Below, piece after piece: positions 14,101 through 24,523 of a stretch of DNA of 64,000 bases. The DNA is taken from the NCBI GenBank assembly GCA_965649765.1, contig OZ287751.1, positions 39,370,001 through 39,434,000 of the forward strand, given 5' to 3'. The notes under the pieces were generated by a model. That model made no database searches. It was not told the origin of the DNA and saw nothing but the letters and a program-made list of their open reading frames with translations. Origin of the DNA: Bispira polyomma (Eukaryota). Both the position numbers and the translations under genes were made by a program. Every line of letters begins with the position of its first letter. Position 1 is the stretch's first letter.

Positions 14101-17100
14101 TCTGTATCCGGAATTCCATCATTGTCATCATCTTCATCCAAATAGTCTGGAATTCCATCTCCATCTGTGTCCCTGGAATCTGGATCTAGATTATCTGGAA
14201 TTCCATCACCATCATCATCTGTATCTTCCGTATCCAGAATTCCATCATTGTCATCGTCATTATCCAGGATGTCAGGTATACCATCTCCATCTGTGTCCCT
14301 ACTGCTGGGATCTAAGTGATCCGGAATCCCATCATTATCATCATCCACATCTTCAGTATCCAGGATTCCATCATTATCATCATCTGTGTCCTGGATATCA
14401 GGTATACCATCTCCGTCAGTATCCAGTGCTTGAATAAAAATCACAAAACAAAAGGGTGGGGGTAACTGTTAGTGGTCAACATGCTATTAGTGTTTGGCAA
14501 TCATGTCACATTGTAAGTAGGATCTTAAGTCAGGTGGTAAGGTATGCAACTAATTTAACTTTATTAGATCCATTTTTGTTTTACATTTTATATTATGATT
14601 GTGATTGACAACTTGATTGAGATCAATCCAATAGTTATCTAGTCTAAGTTGGGATATTAGAAGTTGTCAGGTATATATTTGTAACTGTGCAATTAATTAA
14701 ACTTATATGATGTCCATTTCTAGTTTACCGTTATATTGTATGACTGTGGACTGACTATACCCTATCTAGTCTAAACTATTAGACTTTGGCTCTTACACCA
14801 ATGTTCTAGTACCAAACTGAAAAGAATTGACCTCAGTTAATCAGTGAAAAGAACAGTCGTAGACAAATACACTACTTTTCTTCATTAACTGCTGAAAAAA
14901 ATGAGAAAAAGGAAAGCCAATGAGAACTAAACACTCAACAGCCACAGCATGCATTGACTGGCATGGACAAAAGTTATTAATCTTATATATCAATGACATC
15001 GCAGCGATTGGTTTTGGACATTCAGGTAATGTAAAGACAATACACGGTAGAACATTACTTATAGGTGGTTGGGTCAAATTGGGAACATTTGTTTTCAATT
15101 TAAAGCCTGCTGATCACTATCAAACATGTTATATGTCTTATAAAGACAAAACTTTCATTTGATAATTGGAACAACAAATTACATGCATATTTAATATACA
15201 AATATATATATATGTGTGTGTGTGTGTCAAAGTTTAGTAGTATTCATTAAAATTCACAAAACGCATATACATCAGTATTTATAAGAAAGAATATTAACAT
15301 TGTAATGAAATAGTATACCATTTATCAACGTCCCCAAGGATCTTTAATCTGCCACTGAAGATATTACTCAGTGACAGAGAACCCACCCTTTAAGTGGTCA
15401 TATAAGCCACTGGGCAAACTTGTGTTCACATCTTGCCTAAGGATGTTATCCAACCAAATAAAAACTAATGGTAATGCAAAATACTGACTCCCATCAAAAT
15501 ACTGACTCCCCTCTTTGATCTTTTAGGGGAGTCATTATTTGGCAAACAAAATTTGCACTCCCCCACAATAGGGGATTAAGGGAGTCAAAATTTGGCAGCC
15601 AAATACACACTCCCCTGTAAAATACTGACTCCCAGGCCCTTTTATCACTGATTGCATCAGTGATTGCATTTAGTGTTTGGGTCAGTTGACTTTTGATTAT
15701 TATTGTGTGGTTCAGTGTTTAATTTGTGATTATTGTGATCTACTCATCAGTTGGGAAATGTACAAATTGTGGAATTAGTAACATTTATTAATGAGTATAC
15801 AATATATCAACAATACAACAATGCATTTAGTGGATATAAACTTGTTAAATATTAAATAAACATTTACATTAATAATATACATGTGAAAAAGTAATAGTTA
15901 ATTACTTACATTACAGTGTGTTAAAATTACAATGTCTTTGATTATTGTTAGTTATACGGATGGCATTTGACATCTTGTTAGTGGTATGGTAATGGAATAG
16001 TAATTTTATACTGGATGCTGTCATGCTGATAAGAAACTAGAGGGAAAAAATAAGGCTGGTAGCCTGGACACTGTGGTGGTTGATAAGTTTGCTGGACATT
16101 GTTCCCAAGACCTTGGCTGTACATAAATTGTTGATCTATTCTTACACTCTTCATACACAACACCAAAATATTCTGACTAAATCATATTTCAGGTGTGTAT
16201 TTATAGTATGTAGGTATGATCCAGTTTGATGTAGAAGCCATAGTCCTTTCATTTGTTTAGGAGCTGGAAGTTAATAGGAAAGAAACCATAGTTTCACAGC
16301 CAATCACAGTCTGAGTCCATTACCATTTTTAATTAAAAGGTGATCATTTTTAGAATAAAAGCCACACTATTATTAATTAAATAGACAGTCATAGATGTAT
16401 GTTCATTTGTTTGATCCAACTGGACGTGTGATTAAGTAGCTTTACTGTCTACATTGCTGGTAATCATGACCACATTTTGATGAGTGCAATTAAATAGGTA
16501 ACCACAGCTCTAAATTGATTTGTTTGATCTAACTAGATATGTGATAAAATAGCCTTACTAGCATTAGTGTTGGTAAGTATGTTTCCCAATAAAAGAGTGA
16601 CTGAATGCTAATTATTACTAATATCTCCAATATGTTTAATAAATTAAAAATAATTAATATAAAATAATAACATTATTTATATTCCTTTTTATGTTTGTTT
16701 GTAAAAAGAGAAAGGTCACTGAATGCTAGATGTATACAAAATATAGTTTATGTGCCTATACAGTTTAAATAGACAAAAGAAAGATCACTGAATGGTATTA
16801 ATGAAATGTAATTTTAATGTATGTATATAAAATCTGAAGTTAGGCTAGTTTACTCTTTTATTCCACTCTCTTAACAAAAGCCCATACATAATCCCCTGAA
16901 AAAATAACCCCCAAGCCCCCAACCTAATCCTATTATCAATGTTTTGCTCCAGGGGAGTCAGTATTTTGCAGGGGAGTCAGAATATAGCAACCCCCCTTGC
17001 AAAATACTGACTCCCTAGTGACAAATATAGGGGAGTCAGTATATTGCGCTACACTGGTACCGGAAATAGAACCAGGGACCTTCTGATTGTCAGACCATCA

Positions 17101-17380
17101 CCCTAACCACTAGACCACGGAGGATCAATAACTAACTACAATAAATATTTATTATTATTATTAAATCTTCATTTGAAACCCATTTATTATTTTACAGTAT
17201 TTGCACTTTATTAAAAAGCTGTGCATAAAACATGTAAGATTATTTTCTGAGTGAAATTAATTATACATATTAAAACAAAAATTTGTCAAGTAACATACCA
17301 TCTACATTTGGGTCTGCATTGTTTTTAACTGCCACTCCAGTCAGTAATAACAGGATCAAACATAGCTTCCAGTTAGCCAT
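5162..17380 (-). CDS. Spliced gene, join of 17299-17380, 13560-14428, 12597-12687, 11366-11571, 10187-10195, 6496-6651, 5162-5173: Asp-rich TSP3-like repeat protein with signal peptide and C-terminal KDEL (474 aa)
   Basis: All introns are GT..AG with matching phases (1,0,1,0,0,0). Total CDS is 1425 nt with no internal stop. N-terminus [22 protein letters not shown]; C-terminus ...DEDFQEK|DEL*. Confidence 0.88.
6496..6651 (-). CDS. Exon 6: [52 protein letters not shown]
   Basis: Acceptor tgtatacag, donor AAG|GTAATT; 52 codons; not in the ORF track (<60 aa). Confidence 0.92.
7400..8955 (-). mobile_element. CR1/L2-group LINE fragment (end of endonuclease plus RT) in intron 5 of the Asp-rich gene
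   Basis: [74 protein letters not shown]; several frameshifts. Confidence 0.9.
9826..10035. repeat. ~41-bp minisatellite (about 5 copies)
   Basis: acacagctttttgagatgtaaggtacatggtgattactaaa. Confidence 0.85.
10187..10195 (-). CDS. Candidate 9-nt microexon (Ala-Asp-Glu)
   Basis: attgtag|GCTGATGAG|gtaagg; phase 0/0; acidic codons match the protein's composition. Confidence 0.6.
10620..10985 (-). mobile_element. Degenerate L2-like LINE 3' fragment
   Basis: [12 protein letters not shown]...[15 protein letters not shown], closely resembling the 56138 fragment. Confidence 0.65.
11366..11571 (-). CDS. Exon 4: [15 protein letters not shown]...[10 protein letters not shown]
   Basis: Within ORF 11354..11662; acceptor tctgtccag, donor GAG|GTAATT. 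Confidence 0.92.
12241..12575 (+). mobile_element. tRNA-derived SINE (Deu/Nin-domain-like)
   Basis: A-box-like gcggttagag, B-box ggttcgattct, core cccttggacaaggtgctttac...ccaggcatataaatgggtacc. Confidence 0.7.
12597..12687 (-). CDS. Exon 3: [30 protein letters not shown]
   Basis: Acceptor cctcctcag, donor G|GTACTT; same repeat motif. Confidence 0.9.
13560..14428 (-). CDS. Exon 2: about seven 42-aa units ([42 protein letters not shown]), 21 DxDxDG-type motifs
   Basis: ORF 13545..14444 in the track; acceptor tttttattcaag, donor GAG|GTAGTC. Confidence 0.93.
15471..17057. mobile_element. Non-autonomous TIR DNA element (~1.6 kb) nested in a family-C SINE in intron 1 of the Asp-rich gene
   Basis: Left end gtaatgcaaaatactgactccc and right end gggagtcagtatattgcgctac; repeated subterminal atactgactccc motifs; the flanks rejoin into the SINE seen at 21705-22025. 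Confidence 0.8.
17299..17380 (-). CDS. Exon 1 of Asp-rich protein: signal peptide [27 protein letters not shown]
   Basis: ATG, hydrophobic core, donor G|GTATGT in phase 1 matching the exon-2 acceptor ttcaag|CA CTG GAT. Confidence 0.85.
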
Positions 17381-19460
17381 GATCATATATACTAGAACAC
17401 TGATATCTCTCTCTTTGTCTCTCTAAATATATATGATTTGTGTCTAAATCTGAAAATATATATTGTACAGATATTGTAGCTTAAAACCAGCTGACACAGG
17501 GCCTTCCTTCCAACATCCAGAGATATTTACTTAACACAGACTTGTAATTATGTACTGACACATATATATATATATACATATATATCTAACCACCTCTATA
17601 CCTCTATAGACACGTTGCATAAGTTTGTTGCTACACAGAACATTTTTACACTTCTGACAACTGTCCCGGGAGAGAGAGAGGGATACATATTTATATTTAT
17701 ACATACACTTGTCCTCTTCAAACGTTTTGCTGCAGTCCATATGCTGGTATATATAGGCGACCATAAAGTAGCATTTAATAATGATGTGATTTAGAACAGT
17801 AGTAATTACTTCTCTAGATTGCTATAGAGTTAGTAAAAAAAAGCATCATATGCATCTGATATACTAAAACATGTGATAAATGAAGCCATTATTGCTGTTA
17901 TTGGTTTTTTTACTTCTGCATAAATACCAAAAAACAAAACAGTTCAAGTCTAACTGTAATAAATGGGTCAAACAAGGCCTCTCTTTTTGTTTCTTTTCTG
18001 TCTACGTTTGTACACCTGGATATTAGCAAAGAGACAAAGGGGATTTACTAGAGGACAATCTAGGGACTCTCAGTTTAAGTAATAATCTAAACTCAAAATC
18101 AGCTTCAAGTTTGTTATGGGTTTAAATCAAACAAGATGAGTAATTAAAAGTGGTATATGGATGGTTTTAAAAAGGAAATTTACACTTTGTGCAACATACC
18201 TACACATTATAACCACTAGTGATGTGTACATAATGTGTATATAATGAAGACCTAAGTAATGAAGCTAAGTTTTAAAAACAAATCTAGTGTATATTTCTGT
18301 GGTCTGTGTGTATAGAGTGAAGTATTTCTACAAAAAACGTTTGGTTTTATTGAATGTACCAAAACAAAATGGTTACACCTTGATTGAAAAAAGTTTTTAC
18401 CACAAACAATAAAAAAATTGGTCTTCTTTTCCCTTGACAAAGTTGTAATTAAACAGAGTCTTGTTTTGGGATATAAGACATAAACAAGTCTCATAACCTT
18501 CGTGATAATCTTGAACTATAATGAAGGGGTGGGGAGAGGGGGGGGGGTACTTTCTGGTAGTAACAACCTATAGTACGTCAATAACTGGTGCTAATCACTT
18601 TCAAACCAGACTAGTTTCAATTTAGCCCTTAAGGGTTAGAAGGTTACATGAGAAAGATACTGTACAAAAATGCTGGTGGAATAAGCCACCACTTTAAACC
18701 AAAATGAAATATTTCAGCAACACACAAAAAAGTTAAGATTGTCTATTAACATGCATATATCTCATCAACTATAGGGTCTCCACATCCCCAAAGATGACTA
18801 AGTCCCATTAGAGATGTATTGTGTACTTAGCCCAGTAACTTTAGTGGAAGTAGACACCTGTCTGCCTGAGTATATGATAAATCGGTGGCCATCGATACTG
18901 GCTTATAGTCTTTGGGAGATCCCGCTAATTAGGCCAATACAGATGCTGGCTCACGTTGTGCAAACTGCTGTTATAATATAGTGCAAAATTGGTAACTGGA
19001 AAATATGGCAAAAGTACAAATTGTCATTAAAATTAGCTGTTTTAGCTAATGAGTTTGGGTAGCAAAAAATAAGTTACACATGAAAATATCAACTTTATCT
19101 CACATTTGACTTCAACTCTAGAATGTACAGGTATTCTGTATGACCTTCATATAACCTTTAACCTTTATTTTGTAGAAAATCACAGAATTTTTAGAGACTG
19201 TTATTTTGATATTTTAACTAAAGATAGCCAAAGGTGGAAATAAATCCCAATGAATTTCTCAAAAATTATAAATAAGTGAAATAAGAGCTATTTAATTGCT
19301 TCGAAAATACATATAAAATATGCATACAAAGAAAATACTGAATAAACACGCCACACTATTTGATCATTTTTAATAATGCAAAGAGAGAGAAACATGTTTT
19401 ATCCATATTCATCTACCATATACGTCTCGTGTGGTGCTCAATCTCCTAATATGCGGATTT

Positions 19461-19680
19461 CGGTGGCCAACTGGTTATAAGCATCTGGTTTAAAATCACT
19501 CGCCTCTCACCTCTGGGGATCGAATCCCACAGATTTTTTATTTGCGTGTCAATGTTTGTTAGGTACTTGCCGTAGGTCAGTGGTTTAAAATGCTTCAGTA
19601 CTGGTTTCTCCCACTACAAATCCTGGCCATTAAAATATGACCAAAGTTGTTAAAAGTGATGTAAGACCCAAAAAATTCTA
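19461..19680 (+). mobile_element. tRNA-derived SINE family B; related copies at about 2785-3015(-), 12930-13120(-), 26278-26500(+), 30680-38010(+, split by the YR element), 59640-59840(-)
   Basis: ggtggccaactggtta..aatcactcgcctctcacc..gatcgaatccc head and cagtggtttaa..ctggtttctcccac body recur. Confidence 0.7.
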
Positions 19681-21704
19681 AATTCCTGACCAGCAGGTCA
19701 CCCAAATATGTGTATAAAACCTCAACTAAGGCACTGGAGTTCAAAAAAGGTAAAGAAGTTTTATTCCAGTAAAATTAATTTACACGGTTCTAACAGTGGT
19801 AGATTAGTTAGTAAGCCAGAATATTATCAAAATGTATATGTAATGTTGGTTTAATTATTTTTAAAACATTTTCTTTGCATTGTAAAAACTGTAACTGTAA
19901 AAACTAAGTTAGAAAAACAATCAATAATGATATATTGTAATGGAACTCATTTTTTAAATTTAGTTATCAGGGGACATTTGACTAGAGTTAATTTGTTAAG
20001 TAATTTGTATGAAAGCCTCTGGGCCTGCACAATCGCTGTCATCTTTCAGAGCAAGCTTTGAAAAAGACACTGTGACATACTTAGGGTATATTTCTCAACA
20101 CTCCCTGTCAAAAGCTTGTTACAGTTCAAATAAATTTAAAGGTTTTACATCTCTTGATGATAGAGTATCGCCTAAGATGACCTAAAGGGGGTCAATTGGG
20201 TTGGCATCAGGTAAAAATTAGGTAAATCCAACTGTTCTCATTTCAGAACTGTGTAACTTTAAAACTTAAGTTTCCTTAAATTAAGTTACCCTTAAGGTAA
20301 TATTAACTTCAGTAACTTTGCAACTCCCTAAGGGTGACCTTAAGTCAAGTTAATCACCCTTAGTATTAAAAAGTAGAACAAAAAATTTCTCCTGTAGGTA
20401 GGGGTGACCTTAAGTCAAGTCACCCTTAGTTTTCTAAATTCTAGGGTCACCTTAATCTATGTAAGGTGCCCTTAAATTAAAGTAAACTAACAGTTTATAT
20501 ATAGATAGTAGTAGCTTTGATGTTTAATTATACTAATGTATTAACAAAATGTATTTAGAATAAATGCCCAAATGTGCTTAATTGTAACTGGTGTTCTCAG
20601 TTTGTTGCCTTGGTCTGATCTGCTCCTATCTGTCCTGGGCAGCCCTGTGGACTCCAACAACTACCAGAAACAGTTTATGTAATTTCCAGTATGGTAATTT
20701 TACTTGACACTGTGAATGTTTGCTTTATATTTTCCTCAACGATTAAAACTCCTGGCGTCTATTTGTGGCAGTTACACAGTGTTATCGCTAAAATCATCTC
20801 TCAAGTACTCCAGTTACGTCAATTCAATTTTGTAGCACTATTATTGTATTTCTTATCTTGATACCATTATAGCATGTACAGCATTTTTTTCAGGCGAGCT
20901 GCCTTTGTAAGTTGGAAATACGACAATGACAGCCATTTTTATATTGATTATAACAACCATTGTGCTGGGTGCATACACTGAATGTGCAGCTTAAATTTGT
21001 GAAAAGATGACAGCGTTATGTACAATTACTGAGCTTATTTTATCTATGTTGTGAAATCTCCCTGCTTACAAACATATTAAACCAGTAAATATAACCAGTG
21101 TTGACTACTATGCTTGTTTACAACATAGGGATGCAGCAATTCTTGAACTGTAAGGTATCAATACACTCAGCTCACTCATTCAAACATCATTGCTTATCAT
21201 TTTTATAGACCAGCCTTGTTTATCTTAGTTACCTCCAGACACAAAACACATACAAACTCGTACTAACTGAATACTCGGACGTTTGAGAAGTTTAGTATTG
21301 CAGTCTGAATATTTTTATTTCAATAATAGCTATAAGTCTGAATCAAACCACTACATATTTTAAAATCCACTGATTCCCCTAACTAAAGAAAAATAGGCTC
21401 AGGATGACCAAGGTTCTTTAGCCTTTTACTGGGACAGAACCCAATGACAGAGGACTGCCATTTTAAGTGGCACTATGTATCTGCCTGAACGGGGTCATCC
21501 CAGACTGAGTGGCAGATAAACAACTGCTTGAGATACAGCTTAAGGGATTGATAGACCACTGACTATACAACATTACACTACAGGGGACGATTCAGCACGA
21601 CAGTACACTAAACACGACACAACACAATCCATATAAAATACATATTAACAATAGCTGTATATATCTAAGCATCTTATTGATACTGTAATGAAATGAAAAA
21701 TGAA

Positions 21705-22025
21705 ATAGTATATTTGTTATAGCGCACTTACAGAACACAACATCCTTTCAAATGTGCTTCCCCATGGGCAGCCACTGTGGGCGCCAAGATGCTTGAGGAT
21801 GACCATTTATCAATGTCCCCAAGGATCTTTAATCTGCCACTGGAGATATTACTCAGTGACAGAGGACTGTCATTTTAAATGGTCATCCGAGCCACTAGGC
21901 AAACTTGTGTTCACATCTTACCTAAGGATTTTATCCCACCAAATGAAACTAGCGGCCAGTACCAGGAATAGAACCGGGGACCTTCTGATCATCAGACCAA
22001 CACTCTAACCACTAGACCATGGGGG
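21705..22025 (-). mobile_element. tRNA-derived SINE family C (intact copy)
   Basis: Minus strand reads atggtctagtggttagagtg...ccggttctattcctgg (A and B boxes); the body matches 15330-15471 plus 17058-17125. Confidence 0.75.
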
Positions 22026-22598
22026 ATCACATACAATAAAACTGTAAAAGGTAACTGTAAATGTGGAATACTGTACAATAAACGCATATAGAGATATCTC
22101 CAAGTTCAATTGCTGTGCCGTGTCGGGAGCGGTCTATATAATCTTTTTTATCTTGTTATTTCAAATGTTTTGTAGTATAGTGTCATGTAGTCGGCGGTGT
22201 ATAAAGGCCTTTACAGCTGGGAAAACTTGATTGCAATGGGTGGACATTGTGTGTAAGAGGCCAGCTGGATAGATAACCATCATACATCATGATATAGTTA
22301 TCTTATATAATAGATAGAATCAGCATATTCTTTAGAAGTTGATACATATTACATTTTGCTTGGTATGACTTGTTAATATTAGTCTAGGCGTCACTGACAA
22401 TCCCGATGTTGGTAGATAAGTATTTTTGTCAGCCATTTTATCAATTTATGCTTCCATACAGTCGATACAAATATGCAGCTTCTCACATACATCATACATA
22501 GAAACTTAAGGCTAAGTTTCATTTGTTTCCTTTTTCCTAAAATGGAGACATGGTTTAATAAACCTACCAACTGATATGCTATTGAAATACCTGTGATA

Positions 22599-23193
22599 AG
22601 GACCAAAACTCAGCCAACTTTGCGATGCACTACACTGTGAGGCGAAAATAATAGTCACGAAGAATACTGAAAGGTAAAACTCACATTGCGTTGTGATTAT
22701 GAATGAGTGTGCTATGCCCAAAAATTACCTAGCATTGTGATGCACTATGCTGAGAGACGAAATAAAGGGTTGCGAATAAAATATAAGGTTAAAACTCACA
22801 TGGCGATGCGATTATGGAGGAGGACTTTACAAATTTATACTGTCATTTGTGTTGCAAAAAAGCTACATAGGGGGGGGGGGGGGCATACATTTTTGTCGCA
22901 ACTTAATGCTTGTTTCTAATGTAGAAGACAAAGTTGTCTAGAAAAAATCACTAACGCAATGCAAACTGAGACCTAAAACACAAAAAACAAAGTTTAATTT
23001 TTGTTTTTAAAATCACAAATGCAAGTAAATACTCTAGCGCAGATGCAAGCGCAAACGCCAGGTGAGTTTTTGGTCTTACAATTATATGCTGTGCGATGCA
23101 CAAAAAAAGCTACATTTTTTTCATTTTTAGGGGGCCTAAGATAGCAAATGCCTCCATAATCGCTAACGCAAACGTTAGGTGAATTTTGGGCCT
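22599..23193. mobile_element. Degenerate MITE (possibly Harbinger-like)
   Basis: Imperfect inverted ends aggaccaaaactcagccaactttgcg and cgcaaacgttaggtgaattttgggcct; internal aaaactcac..gcg..gattatg subrepeats. Confidence 0.5.
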
Positions 23194-24523
23194 TAGGATT
23201 AGTACATTTGAGAGAAAGAACACTCACCTTACAGTTGAATTGTAACAAACAGCTTCACATCAACATAACTCCCCCTCTCTACAGATTTACAAAATAGAAG
23301 TACATGTACACACACCTGTTGAAACTTCTCTATCCAGGATTTAGTTTGAGGCCACAATGGTTTTATACATTTGATCCCCAAGTGTACATGGGTTTATTTA
23401 TCATGTTACTACTTGCTTTAGATTATAAACGTCAATCACAAAGTCCCACTCATTGACAAAATATCACAATTTGACAGTTCATCTAATATTAAGGTCCACT
23501 TTCCAACGAAAATGGTTGATGTTCTATCTTTTCTTGGTTTTCTGAAGTTCATTGGCAAGATAACTTAGATAAGAATATCAATACAATTTGTTTTGGACTT
23601 ATCCTTAGAATTAAAATAGTTTAACCTAGCTTTTCAAAAACCAGCCAACTTAATGAATTGAGGGAAAACTCTTTTGAATTAAGATATAGTGTATATCCAC
23701 GCCTAAAGACTGTAAAAATGCTTAGATATTGATAGCTACATGAGAGGCATCTCCCTGTAACCCGTGTAAACGTTATTCAACTGTTGACAAAGATCTCGAC
23801 CACCTCCTTCAGAGGTAGCCATAAAATAGATAGGCATAGTATAAACTGGGCCAGAAGATAACTTCAAGTGGCCAAGGATGCTAGGCATCGGGAAATGACA
23901 AAAATGAACTTTAACTGAATGGTTTGTCGACATTTATAGAGCTTTTGATTGGGTTGTGTAGTTTCAGAGCACATCAAAGTCTTCATTGTTGGCACATGTT
24001 TGAATGCTACAATGGTATAAAAACATATAAAATTTGTATTTAAGTATTTAATAAAACTTCACAGGGAAAACATTTATTCAAGTTATGCTCTCAGACTAGA
24101 ATTTCATTAATTTCAACAAAATAAGTTATCCTTTGTAAATTAGTTACTGCTTCTTAATTATAACATATAATATTTATGTCTATTTACAATTTTGATATTC
24201 GAAACCTATAATCTTAAAAGTTGGTACTTTTAAATACATGACATCATGTCTTAGGTGGATAATCTAATTTAATTAATTCTATAATGGGATGTAATCTCCG
24301 TACTAGCAGATTCTAAGGCACAACAACCAAAATCATTGTTCAGTAGTCGTCTTGTGGTGGACAGAAAAAAGGGAGTCGGTGATGGCAAGACATGGATAAT
24401 AGACAACATAAGACAAAGTAAGTTAACCACATCCATTTAAAGTACTTTATTTTTATTTATTATCTCATTTATTAACTAAATCAGGTTGTGTTTTTTTGGG
24501 ACCACAACATCAATTCCAACCGC

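Noticed and set aside
13545-14444. Bacterial contaminant or prokaryotic TSP3 ORF, as called in the ORF track
   Set aside because: It is an internal exon with canonical splice sites among SINE- and LINE-bearing introns; the ORF's start and stop lie in introns.
17740-17760. TATA box or muscle CArG/MEF2 sites upstream of the Asp-rich gene
   Set aside because: cctatatatacc is plausible as a TATA box, but no exact CArG or MEF2 consensus was seen and such words are common in this AT-rich DNA.
20120-21430. Possible degraded DNA transposon with gggtgaccttaag repeats
   Set aside because: Terminal similarity is weak and no transposase motif could be read with confidence.
23736-23933. 65-aa ORF with PSILGH resembling the SH3b-like signal peptide (PGILGQ)
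   Set aside because: At DNA level its 5' part aligns with the non-coding upstream region of paralog B, not with exon 1; no Cys pattern or matching donor.
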